DNA of 64,000 bases from Candidatus Hinthialibacter antarcticus (GTDB lineage Bacteria; Hinthialibacterota; Hinthialibacteria; Hinthialibacterales; Hinthialibacteraceae): positions 41,551 to 105,550 of the forward strand of contig JAVCCE010000074.1 of assembly GCA_030765645.1 (NCBI GenBank), written 5' to 3'. The notes under the pieces are model-generated. The model did no database searches. It was not told the origin of the DNA and saw nothing but the letters and a program-made list of their open reading frames with translations. Made by a program: the position numbers and the translations under genes. Of the stretch, positions 19,416 to 29,100 are shown in pieces. The number at the start of each line of letters is the position of its first letter. The first letter of the stretch is position 1.

Positions 19416-20678
19416 TTAGGGCATTGGGGTGGAAGGGATCGGCGCGGGCGGCATCTTGGCGTCGAAACCAATCGGGTTCGGGAAGATGTCGTGTTCCATA
19501 TTCCAGGCTTCTTCCCATTTCAGGTTCTTACCGGTATACGCTGCTTCGCGTCCCAGAATCGCGGTCATAGTGGTTTCGCAAATCTGCACCGCCTGGTTCC
19601 AGTAGGGGCCGTCTCCGCGAATGGAATCTTGCAGGTCTTTGTGCTCCTGCACATAGGCGTTCATGCCGCGTTCGCCCATATCCGCGCAATTGCTGATGCC
19701 GTTGCGGAACTTTTTGTTGGTTCCGAACACGCGCTCAGACACTTCGTTGGCCGATTTGTTCAAGTGACGGCAAAAGCTGAAAACGTGAACGCCATTGGGA
19801 TACTCAAAGTCACAGGAGAAGTTGTCCCAGATGTTGCCGTATTTTTCGATTTTGGGCTTCCAGCTGCGTCCACCGCTGGCGACGACGGAGATGGGATGCG
19901 AACCAAGCACCCAGTTCATTACGTCGAGATTGTGGATGTGTTGTTCGACGATGTTGTCGCCGCAGATCCAGCAGAAGTTATACCAGTTATACAGTTGGTA
20001 TTCGAGGTCGCCCTGGCCATCGCGGCGGTCGCGCGCGTGGGGCAGTCCGCCGTTCCAGTAGGCGCGTCCGGCGACGATTTCGCCCAAGGCGCCGTCTTGC
20101 AGCATCTTGACGGTTTCGACATATTCTTTTTGGTGACGGCGTTGGTTGCCGGTCACGATGTGTAATTTCAGACTTTCGGATTTTTTCGCGGCGGCGTGAA
20201 AGCGGCGAATGCCGTTGAAGTCGGTCGCGACCGGTTTTTCACAGAAGCAGTTAAGTTTGGCGTCAACAACGGCTTCGAAGTGTTCGGGACGGAACCCGGG
20301 AGGCGTCGCCAGAATCACATAGTCAGGCTTCATGGCGATGACTTTTTTGTAGGCGTCGAGGCCCCAGAAGGTGGTCTCGTCGTTGACTTTAATGCTTTCT
20401 TTGATATTTTCGTTGCTGCGCAAGCGTTGTACGCATCCCTTGGCGGTTTCTTCACGAAAATCAGCGACCGCTACCAGTTCGATGCTGTCGCCGCCCGCTT
20501 GGATGGCGTTTTCAGCCGCTTGGGTGCCGCGTCCGCCCGCGCCGATCACGGCGATGGTCAGTTTGTCTGCCGCCTGGGCTTTATTGGCAGCGGCAATTGT
20601 GCTGATCGCTGCGGCGCCCAAGGCTGATTTTCTGCCGAATTCACGGCGGGTCATGTCTGTTTTTTTTGATTCACTCAT
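19416..20678 (-). CDS. Gfo/Idh/MocA family oxidoreductase with Tat signal (paralog 3).
   Basis: 'MSESKKTDMTRREFGRKSALGAAAISTIAAANKAQA' Tat signal. 'IAVIGAGGRGTQ'. 'EKPVATD'. Start set at the ATG preceded by AAGGAG with a 7-nt spacer. The ORF-track start at 20783 lacks an RBS. Confidence 0.8.
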   Translation of the reverse strand: MSESKKTDMTRREFGRKSALGAAAISTIAAANKAQAADKLTIAVIGAGGRGTQAAENAIQAGGDSIELVAVADFREETAKGCVQRLRSNENIKESIKVNDETTFWGLDAYKKVIAMKPDYVILATPPGFRPEHFEAVVDAKLNCFCEKPVATDFNGIRRFHAAAKKSESLKLHIVTGNQRRHQKEYVETVKMLQDGALGEIVAGRAYWNGGLPHARDRRDGQGDLEYQLYNWYNFCWICGDNIVEQHIHNLDVMNWVLGSHPISVVASGGRSWKPKIEKYGNIWDNFSCDFEYPNGVHVFSFCRHLNKSANEVSERVFGTNKKFRNGISNCADMGERGMNAYVQEHKDLQDSIRGDGPYWNQAVQICETTMTAILGREAAYTGKNLKWEEAWNMEHDIFPNPIGFDAKMPPAPIPSTPMP

Positions 20679-21040
20679 GTCCAAACTCCTTCTTTGAGGC
20701 ATTCGCGTTGTAGTATTGGTTTCGGTCATTTTCCACCAACGGGCGACGCCCTTGGCCCCTTTGACCGAATGGATGGGCCGCAACGAGTTCGCGGTCTCCC
20801 CGATTCATTCAAACCGTTGCGCGCCAAATCAACGCGCATGGTCATTCAAATTATCACAGGGCGCGGACGAATTAAAGGCAATCAGCCCGGAGATAAACTC
20901 TTTTTTGTCGATCTGCTCTTCGACGCCAACACACGGAATTACCGCTTGACACAGTTAAAGGCGCGTCCATAGTATCCCAAAGCGTTTGATCTTACGCCGC
21001 GACCTGGAATCTACCTCTTTGACGAAGGCTGGAACACGCA

Positions 21041-21529
21041 TTGATGAGCGAGAGAATCATTCGGCGGGCGACGAAAGAAGACTTGCCTTTCGTGGTCGGT
21101 TTATGGAAAGAGATGATGAACCATCATCTCTCGGTCGACCCAAGGTTTGAGTTAGGGCCTGACAACGAAGGCGCCTATCTGGAATATTTATATTCCATCA
21201 TTGATAACTATGACTACGCGCTGTTCGTCGCCGAGCATGACGCCCGCATCGTCGGCTACACCATTGGGATGATTCTCGCCAACCCGCAAGTCTTTGCGTT
21301 GGGCCGATACGGTTTCATTGCCGAGATGAGTGTCAGCGCCGACTTACAGCGGCAAGGCGCCGGGCGCGAACTCTGGGAGCGGGTGCGGCATTGGTTTAAA
21401 CGGCGCGGCGTCAAAGTCATTCAACTCAACGTCTCGCCGCGCAACATAAAGGGATACGACTTTTGGAAACAGCTTGGATGCGATGAGTTTTTGCATATCC
21501 TATGGCACGACATCCCCAAAGACGCATAA
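21041..21529 (+). CDS. GNAT-family N-acetyltransferase.
   Basis: 'IAEMSVSADLQRQGAGRELWERV' is the acetyl-CoA-binding motif A (Q/RxxGxG/A). Confidence 0.7.
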   Translation: MMSERIIRRATKEDLPFVVGLWKEMMNHHLSVDPRFELGPDNEGAYLEYLYSIIDNYDYALFVAEHDARIVGYTIGMILANPQVFALGRYGFIAEMSVSADLQRQGAGRELWERVRHWFKRRGVKVIQLNVSPRNIKGYDFWKQLGCDEFLHILWHDIPKDA

Positions 21530-21598
21530 CGGAACCACAAAACATGCAACCTCGCGGCGCGTGATGCGCTGTGATGAATTCGGGAGTAATCAGTCCGT

Positions 21599-22495
21599 AT
21601 GACCTCGCCAACACAAACCGCCTTGGCCTTACTTGAAATTGCGCGCCCGAAGCAATGGGTAAAAAACGCCTTCGTCTTCGCGGCGTTAATTTTTTCGCAG
21701 AATATTTTTGATGCGGGCGCCGTGCTCAACGCGACCGCCGCGTTTGCGCTGTTTTGTCTTTACTCTTCGTGCGTCTATATGATGAACGACATCGCCGACA
21801 TTGAGCGAGACCGCCAGCATCCCAAAAAACGCAATCGCCCCCTGCCCTCAGGACGCCTACGCATCCCCACGGTCATCGTCGCCGCCGTGTCGCTCTTTTG
21901 CGCGGCGTCGGTTGGCTCGGCGCTTCTATCCTCCCATTTTCTCTATGTCGGGCTGGTGTATTTCGCCGCAAACATCGTCTATTCATTTATCTGCCGCTCT
22001 ATCGTCATTCTCGACGGCATGATTATCGCACTCGGTTTCTTGCTGCGGCTGTACGCGGGCGCCATCGTGATTGGCGCGGAGGTTTCAGATTGGTTGTATT
22101 TGTGCGGCCTGTTTGTTTCATTATTTCTGGCTTTCTGCAAGCGCCGCCAGGAACTTATTTTATTGGGCGAAGAAAGCGCCGGCGACCACCGCGCCATTCT
22201 CAAAGAATATTCCACCCAGTTTCTCGACCAGATCATCTCCATCGTCACCGCATCCACCGCCGTCACCTACTCGCTCTATTGTCTCGACAAGTCACAAACG
22301 GCCGACAACCATCACGACGGTTTAATGCTGACCATCCCCTTTGTTCTTTATGGCCTTTTGCGCTATCTATACTTGGTCTATCAGAAAGACGAGGGCGGAA
22401 ACCCCAGCGAATTATTGTTGTCGGACAAGCCAATTTTGATCAATGGCGTCCTATGGCTCGGCGTCGTTTATTGGGCTTTATATATCCGTGTTTAG
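21599..22495 (+). CDS. UbiA-family polyprenyl-phosphate phosphoribosyltransferase-like (decaprenyl-phosphate 5-phosphoribosyltransferase / DPPR-synthase-like).
   Basis: 'KQWVKNAFVFAALIFS' and 'NDIADIERDRQHPKKRNRPLPSG' resemble the DPPR-synthase (Rv3806c-type) variant of the UbiA Asp-rich motif, rather than UbiA or MenA proper. 8-9 TM helices. Confidence 0.65.
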   Translation: MTSPTQTALALLEIARPKQWVKNAFVFAALIFSQNIFDAGAVLNATAAFALFCLYSSCVYMMNDIADIERDRQHPKKRNRPLPSGRLRIPTVIVAAVSLFCAASVGSALLSSHFLYVGLVYFAANIVYSFICRSIVILDGMIIALGFLLRLYAGAIVIGAEVSDWLYLCGLFVSLFLAFCKRRQELILLGEESAGDHRAILKEYSTQFLDQIISIVTASTAVTYSLYCLDKSQTADNHHDGLMLTIPFVLYGLLRYLYLVYQKDEGGNPSELLLSDKPILINGVLWLGVVYWALYIRV

Positions 22496-22697
22496 CACCG
22501 CAAACAAAAATCTTGTGTTAGACAAAAAAACAGATAGCCTAAAAGTAGAAAATCAGCTATTGACTAGATTCAATCCGCGTGTAATTTACGCGCAAGAACA
22601 CTCGCCGAATGAAACGGCGGGAAGCACAGGAAATCATTAGATGATCTCACCCTACAGACGACCCTACCGTAGGCTGGGAGATCAGAGGAGAGCGGCC

Positions 22698-23129
22698 ATG
22701 CAGACAGTCCATCCGCGGTTGAGGAACGCAGTGGTTCCAGTTCAATTCTTCGTCGCAACAAAACTTACAGAAAGCGCAGTCGCCATTTGGTCGGTTGACC
22801 CAAGCGGTCAGGTACAGCCCGCCTTGCTGGCGATTAACTATGAAAGCGATGAATCGCTTTCCTCTCCTGACGACGTGATCTTCTCGGATTGGGACAATGA
22901 AGATGACGACTATGACTACGACGATGGTTTAGATGACGACCTCGATGACGATGACGACGATGATCTGGACGACGACGACGACGACGATGATGACGATGAT
23001 GATGATGATGACTTAGATGACGACCTCGATGATGATGACGACGACGAAGAGGACGAAGATGAAGAGGACGGCTTCGATGACGACATTGACGATATCGAGA
23101 TTGGCGCCGATGACGAAGATGAATTTTAG
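22698..23129 (+). CDS. Extremely acidic Asp-rich (poly-D) low-complexity protein, 143 aa.
   Basis: GAGGAG SD with a 7-nt spacer before the ATG at 22698. The C-terminal 95 aa is about 70% Asp/Glu ('DDDLDDDDDDDLDDDDDDDDDDDDDDD'). GAT/GAC codons alternate. A strong terminator follows directly. Confidence 0.5.
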   Translation: MQTVHPRLRNAVVPVQFFVATKLTESAVAIWSVDPSGQVQPALLAINYESDESLSSPDDVIFSDWDNEDDDYDYDDGLDDDLDDDDDDDLDDDDDDDDDDDDDDDLDDDLDDDDDDEEDEDEEDGFDDDIDDIEIGADDEDEF

Positions 23130-23137
23130 CGATTACG

Positions 23138-23183
23138 CGTAAGGGCATAGCGAGGCTGCGCCCTTACGTTATGTTTCGTTATT
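23138..23183. terminator. Bidirectional rho-independent terminator between the poly-D gene (+) and the FAD oxidoreductase (-).
   Basis: 9-bp stem CGTAAGGGC (23138-23146) / GCCCTTACG (23160-23168), then T-rich 'TTATGTTTCGTTATT'. Confidence 0.55.
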
Positions 23184-23204
23184 GGAATTGATGATTTGCC
23201 GTAC

Positions 23205-24533
23205 TTATGCGGTCAGCGCTTCGAGTTCCCCAAGATGCACCAGCAACTCTTCCGCCATTTTGATGCTGTAATTCATGCCGCGATCTTCGGGATAAATCTG
23301 CGCCATGGTGCAAAGATACAGGCCCTGCAAGGGCGTATCAAACGAGGGGCGCCGCTTCGAGTAATGCAGCCCAATCACCGGCTGAGTAAACTCGGCCTTT
23401 GAAATCGTCGCGCACTGGATCCACTCGCGCTGAAACGCCGGAAACATTTTCTCTAATCCCTGAATGAAGATTTCCTGCACGTCAGGCAGTTTCATGCTGA
23501 AGTAGGGGTGGTCGGCGTTCAAATAGCGCGATAAATAAATGGGGACCAGCCCGTCATATCCCGGGTCGTTAAACAAGCGCGTGTGTTCAATCACCGCGAC
23601 GAACGGCGCGTCAGGATGGGTCACGTTCAGCCAGTAATAGGGCGAGATCGAACGATCAAGCCCCATCGCCATGGTGACGTTGGCCTGATAGGGAACCTGG
23701 TCAACATCGCGGCGGTAATCGTCCGGCAGTTCCGGCGCCATTTCGAGAAAACTGGGGATGCTGGGCGTCACAATCACACGGTCAAAAGTTTCCTCGCCGG
23801 AACGAGTACGAACCACCAAGCCGTCCGGCGTTTTTTCGATGCGCTTGACGATCTCACGAAAGCGAAACTCGCCGCCCCAGCCTTCGATTTTTTTGCCCAT
23901 GCCTTCATAAATCTGCGCCCAGCCGTCTTTCATATAACCCAGGCTTTCGCCGCCGGTTTCTGAGCGGGTGCCGCCGCGCAATTTGATCTTGCCCCAAAAC
24001 CACACAGCAGACACTTCGCGATAGCGGTCGCCGAATTTTGAGCGCAACAGCGGTTCCCACAAAATGCGGTAGGCAGGCTCGCCCATTTCGCGAATGATAA
24101 AATCTTCCGCCGTGATCGACTCGAGTTCTTCAAACGACTCGCGGCGCCGCATCCGCAACACTGCGAGACCGACGCGGATACGCGACAAAAACGGCAGCGG
24201 CTTAAACAGCAAAAGGTCTTTGGGTTTGGTGAATGGATATAACTTGCCCGCGTGTTCAAAGCCGACCGACGAGTCGCACCAATGCAATTTGTCCGTCAGC
24301 CCTAAACGCCCGGCGTAAGCCTGCACGTGGGTATCGCTGGTGAAGATGTGGTGATAAAAACGGTCAAGCGAGGTCTTGCCAAACGGGATATCCGCCGCCA
24401 GCCCGCCCAGGCCGTTCCATTTTTCATACACAGCGACGGAATGACCGTTCTGGGCCAAATGCCAGGCGAGCGTACATCCAGCGGCGCCGCCGCCGACGAT
24501 GGCGTATTTAAGCGGCTTACTTGGCTTTGTCAT
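23205..24533 (-). CDS. NAD(P)/FAD-dependent oxidoreductase (amine-oxidase / protoporphyrinogen-oxidase-like Rossmann family).
   Basis: 'KYAIVGGGAAGCTLAWHLAQNGHSVAVYEK' is a GxGxxG dinucleotide-binding motif followed by an acidic residue. 442 aa. Overlaps the cimA stop by 17 nt, so they are likely co-transcribed. Confidence 0.6.
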   Translation of the reverse strand: MTKPSKPLKYAIVGGGAAGCTLAWHLAQNGHSVAVYEKWNGLGGLAADIPFGKTSLDRFYHHIFTSDTHVQAYAGRLGLTDKLHWCDSSVGFEHAGKLYPFTKPKDLLLFKPLPFLSRIRVGLAVLRMRRRESFEELESITAEDFIIREMGEPAYRILWEPLLRSKFGDRYREVSAVWFWGKIKLRGGTRSETGGESLGYMKDGWAQIYEGMGKKIEGWGGEFRFREIVKRIEKTPDGLVVRTRSGEETFDRVIVTPSIPSFLEMAPELPDDYRRDVDQVPYQANVTMAMGLDRSISPYYWLNVTHPDAPFVAVIEHTRLFNDPGYDGLVPIYLSRYLNADHPYFSMKLPDVQEIFIQGLEKMFPAFQREWIQCATISKAEFTQPVIGLHYSKRRPSFDTPLQGLYLCTMAQIYPEDRGMNYSIKMAEELLVHLGELEALTA

Positions 24534-26091
24534 CTAATAACAACTTATATTCAATGCTGTCGACCAGCGCTTCCCAGGAGGCTTCGATAATGTTCTCCGA
24601 CACGCCGATGGTGATCCAATCCGACACGCCGTCGGTTGATTCGATCATAACCCGCGTCTTGGCGGCGGTGCTGCGTCCCGTGTCGATGATGCGCACCTTA
24701 AAGTCGGTGAGGCGCACCTCGCTCAGCTGTGGGTATTTTTCTAACAGCGCCTTGCGCAGCGCATTGTCGAGCGCATTGACGGGGCCGTCGCCTTCGCCCG
24801 CCATAAAGAACGAATCGCCGTCGACCGTCAGCCGCACCGTCGCTTCCGACCATAAGTCGCCTGATGAATGTTGGTCGACCAGCACCCGGTACGCCACCAT
24901 ATCGAAGTGTGAGTTATACTCGCCCAGTTCTTTACGGATCAGCAACTCAAGCGAGGCTTCGGCGGCTTCAAAAAAGTAGCCTTCGTTTTCGAGCGATTTA
25001 ACTTTCGTCAGAACATTCTTGGCCACCGGCGACGATTTATCGACTTCGATGCCCATGTTTTTCAGCATGTGAAAAATATTCGACTGCCCCGAGAGTTCCG
25101 ACACCAAAATGCGCTGGCGGTTGCCGACCATGGCGGGGTCGATGTGTTCGTAGGTTTTCGAGTCGCGCTGCACCGCGCTGACGTGGATGCCGCCCTTGTG
25201 GGCGAAGGCGCTCATGCCAACGAAAGGCTGGTTGTGCTTGAGCGGTACGTTGGCCAGCTCACTGATGAACATCGACAGCCCGGCAATGGTTTGCATTTGT
25301 TCAGGCTCGATGACGTCATAGCCCATTTTATACATCAGGTTGGGCAACACGCTGGAGAGATCGGCGTTGCCGCAGCGCTCGCCGAAGCCGTTGAAGGTGC
25401 CCTGCACGTGCGTACAACCCGCTTTGATCGCCGCCAGTGAATTGGCGATCCCGCAGCCCGCGTCATTATGGGCGTGAATGCCCAACGCGCCGTCGAGTTC
25501 ATTGCGCATCTTTGTAACGATCTCAGTGATCTCATGCGGCATGGTCCCGCCGTTGGTGTCGCAAAACGCCAAGACGTCGGCGCCCGCTTCACACGCGGCC
25601 TTCACGGTCTGCAACGCATAGTCGGGATTGTTCTTATAGCCGTCAAAAAAATGTTCGGCGTCATAAATCACGATGCGCCCGTTCTCTTTGAGAAAACGGA
25701 CCGTGTCGCGAATCATGTCGAGATTGTCTTCCAATTTAATGCGCAGCGCATTGGTGACGTGTAGGTCCCAGGTTTTGCCGAAGATCGACACCGCTGCGGT
25801 TTCCGCTTCGATCAACGCGCAGACGTTGGGGTCTTCTTCGACCTTGTTGCGCGCATGGCGGGTGCTGCCGAAAGCGCATAACTTGGCGTGTTTGAATTGA
25901 ACGTCTTTGGCCCGTTGAAAAAACCCGATGTCTTTCGGGTTAGACCCCGGCCAACCGCCTTCGATAAAATCAATGCCAAAATCGTCCAGGCGCTGCGCGA
26001 TGCGCAGTTTGTCTTCTAAGGACAGATTTACGCCTTCGCCCTGCGTACCATCACGCAAGGTTGTATCAAACGTCTCAATTTTCCCCGCCAA
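24517..26091 (-). CDS. cimA: (R)-citramalate synthase / 2-isopropylmalate-synthase family (CimA-type, about 524 aa).
   Basis: 'ETFDTTLRDGTQGEGVNLSLEDKLRIAQRLDDFGIDFIEGGWPGSNP' and 'HAHNDAGCGIANSLAAI' are HMGL-like DRE-TIM barrel motifs. Length and the C-terminal LeuA-dimer region fit CimA. Confidence 0.75.
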   Translation of the reverse strand: MAGKIETFDTTLRDGTQGEGVNLSLEDKLRIAQRLDDFGIDFIEGGWPGSNPKDIGFFQRAKDVQFKHAKLCAFGSTRHARNKVEEDPNVCALIEAETAAVSIFGKTWDLHVTNALRIKLEDNLDMIRDTVRFLKENGRIVIYDAEHFFDGYKNNPDYALQTVKAACEAGADVLAFCDTNGGTMPHEITEIVTKMRNELDGALGIHAHNDAGCGIANSLAAIKAGCTHVQGTFNGFGERCGNADLSSVLPNLMYKMGYDVIEPEQMQTIAGLSMFISELANVPLKHNQPFVGMSAFAHKGGIHVSAVQRDSKTYEHIDPAMVGNRQRILVSELSGQSNIFHMLKNMGIEVDKSSPVAKNVLTKVKSLENEGYFFEAAEASLELLIRKELGEYNSHFDMVAYRVLVDQHSSGDLWSEATVRLTVDGDSFFMAGEGDGPVNALDNALRKALLEKYPQLSEVRLTDFKVRIIDTGRSTAAKTRVMIESTDGVSDWITIGVSENIIEASWEALVDSIEYKLLLDDKAK

Positions 26092-26175
26092 GATGACTCA
26101 CCTCATACTTACAAAATAGCCGTAGACACGGTGAGCCATTATTGTACCGCTGTCGCGCTGGAATCAAACCGCCGC

Positions 26176-29100
26176 TTAATGTAAGAACCAATCCGGCGTT
26201 TTGGCTTCGGCTTTGACAGTCAGCGCATTCTCCAGGCGCAGCGTTCGTCCGTTGCCCGCGCTGAGGGTCAATGTGTAGACGCCCGGCTGCAAGTCGGCAG
26301 GCAGTACGCCCTCGACCCGGTTGCAATCCAGTTGAAACACATCTTCCATCGGGACCGAATCAAACCAGGCGCGATAGCCGTCGCCGTAGGTAAAGCCCTC
26401 GCCGTCAATCGAGAGAAAGAACGGCCCGGTTTCGGTATCCAGGTCAATTTCATCTGGAACAATTGAAACCACCTGCGCGGGCGCAAACGAGGCCTCGTCC
26501 AGCCAGTCTAAACTGTTTCTCAATATTTGTTGGCCGGATTCGTCGGGCGCGGCCTCAAGCGGAAACGCCAGAAAGACGGCGCGGTAATTGCAGCCCTCAA
26601 TCGTCACGCCCACGCTGCGGCTGCTGGAACCGTTTGATGTGAAAGCCGTCTCAGCCGTCCCGCGACTGCCGATGGGGCGCACCATGTCAACGAAATCTTC
26701 GAGGCCGTTGGAATAGTTCATTGAGAACGACGCCACGCCTTCGCCGACGGGGTTGCCCGAGACGCCTGCAATGGTGCTGGCGCCCTGGTCATGCACCGCC
26801 ATGCGAACCCCGTAGGCTTCCGCCGCGAGAGTCGAATCGTCTTTCTGGTCGAAGTAATCCTGCCCCGAATGCAACAACGCCCCGCCCTCGCCGAGATAGC
26901 GCTGTAATTCGGTTTCAAATAAATGCTGCGGGTTCCAGGCGATGACAAACGCGTCAGAACTGGGGTCTCCGACGGCGTTGAAACTTTTGCCGGATTGCAC
27001 CCAAACCACGGCGTCAAACCCGTGCATATAATTCGCCGTTGGATAATCGTCTTTTCCATCGACGTCCCAATGCACATAGGTGCGCTCAATCGCGTCAAGC
27101 CAACCCATGTAGGTTTCTTCAAATGATTCACCGTTGTCGTCGTCCACCAACAACACGCTCTGCGGCCCCGGCGCCGGGACGGTGCGCATCCAGCAGGCGA
27201 TGCTGTAATTCAATCCGGTGGTGAGATTGCTGAGTTGCAGGCGCTGCTCGAGGTCCGTCAACCCACTGGGGCTAGACGCGCTCGCGGTCGCCTTGATTTC
27301 GATCTTTTCGCCAGGCGGCAACGTAAACGAATCGTCGGACAGTTCAACCGACAATGCATTATTAAACCGCACCGGGGTGATGACGTATTCACACTCTTGC
27401 GCAGAGGCATTCACGATGCGCAGATAACGCTCCACGCTGCCGCTATCGCTCAGGGTCAATCGTCCGAACCCTAATTTGGGCGGCAGCACGATGGTATCCA
27501 CTTCGCCAGCGGCGAACGCATCCACCCGGCCCGCGCCAGTTTCCATCGCGTTCGCTTCACGCGAGCCGTTGCTGTTTTTGGCGGTATTCGCCGTGGAGAT
27601 CACAATGGCCGACTTCACCCAATCGGGCGGCCAGTTGGGGTGTAACTGGCGCACCAACGCCGCCAACCCCGCCACGCGGGGCGACGCCTGGCTGGTACCG
27701 TCCACCCAACGAAATCCGCCCGCCGTAAATTGGCTTCCCGGGAAATCCTGGTCATTCTGAGTGGCGCCGAAACTGCCCGCGCCAATCGCGCTCACGTCCG
27801 GCTTGAAACTATATTCCGCCGACGGCCCCAATGATGAAAAAGTCGCCATGCGGTTCGAGGTGAACGGCTGGTCTGAAACCGGGCCGCCGATCACTTCAAT
27901 GGTCGCCTTGTCGCCGTTCGACAGCGCCTCTTTAATCGCCAGGCCAAAATCACGACCGACCAACACAACCGGAACCGATAAATTTTCGGAGTCGGGGATA
28001 ATCAATTCTGAATCCGGCCGGTCGTTTTGATAGAACAAAACCCCGCGCCCGCCGATGGCCTGCACCCGCGCCGCTTTGTCCACAAACTGACACTCGCCGC
28101 GCTGTACCAACACCCAGTCAGATGCGGACGCGCCTGCGGGAAAATCGTTGCACGCGCGACCGTCTAAGTCGCCGCCAAACGCGCCGCCGTCAAGCGTGTC
28201 GGCGTCAACCACAGAAAACGCGCCAATGATCGGCTCGGTATAAAAGCCCGACGATGCGCTCGCGTCAGACGGCGAACCGAAATTCGCCTGTTCTTCGGTG
28301 ATGACCGGTTCGCCGTTCACCCAAAGGCTGACCCGCAGCGCGTATTGATCAATGGTTCCATTGGCGCGGTGCGAATTGGTAATCGCGCCTACTGTGATGG
28401 CTTCCTCTACTTGCGCGGGCGCGCCGATGGTGAATGCGCGGCCTTCATTCTGCGCGGCAATCACAGCAACCGCGCCCGCCGCGACGGCATTGCGCACCGC
28501 GTCTAACTCAGCCGAATGATGAGGTTCATCAAACGCTGAAAAACCGAAACTCATGTTTAAAACGTCAGCCCCGTCGCTGACCGCCGCTTCGATGGCGGCG
28601 ATGATCTGCTCGCTGCTGGCGCCGTCGGTGGTGAAAATTTTGTAGTTGCCCAAGTAGGCGCGCGGCGCAACGCCGGAGAGAAACCCCAGCGGAGACTTTA
28701 CGTCCAGATTCGCAGCGGAGATCGAGGCCACGTTCGAGCCATGTCCATCGCGATCAAACAGGGTGGTGTCGCCTTGCTGACCAAAACCGGGCGGAAACAC
28801 CCGCGCGGCAATAATCTTTTTATTGGTGAAATCGGCATTGCCTTTCGGAAACCCCTCAGGATACTCATACCCATCGCCTTCAAACGCGGGGTGGGTTGCG
28901 TCAACGCCCGAATCAATAATGGCGATAAATACGCCTTCGCCTGCGTTGTCTCCAAATTCAAATTTTTCGTAGGCTTCGGGCAAACGCATCAACTGGCCGC
29001 TTTGGGTCAGGGTCGGTTTGTAGGTTTTGACGCGGGAGATGTACTTTACGTCGGGGTGTTCGCGCAATTCACCCAGCGCCTCGGCATTCATGCGAACGCT

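Noticed and set aside
20679-20783. Upstream extension of the third Gfo/Idh/MocA gene (MRPIHSVKGAKGVARWWK...).
   Set aside because: It has no RBS. The ATG at 20678 is preceded by AAGGAG with a 7-nt spacer and starts right at the Tat signal peptide.
22900-23100. Short-period GAT/GAC/GAA repetition that superficially looks like a tandem repeat or CRISPR-like array.
   Set aside because: There are no spacer-repeat units of 25-40 bp. The periodicity is 3 nt with degenerate codon alternation, so it is coding low-complexity and not CRISPR.
22834-23148. Minus-strand His/Arg-rich ORF (HRHRHRRRRRR...) opposite the poly-D gene.
   Set aside because: It is the mirror-image translation of the GAT/GAC-rich tract. 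The plus strand has a proper SD and ATG and is followed by the terminator, while the minus frame has no RBS.
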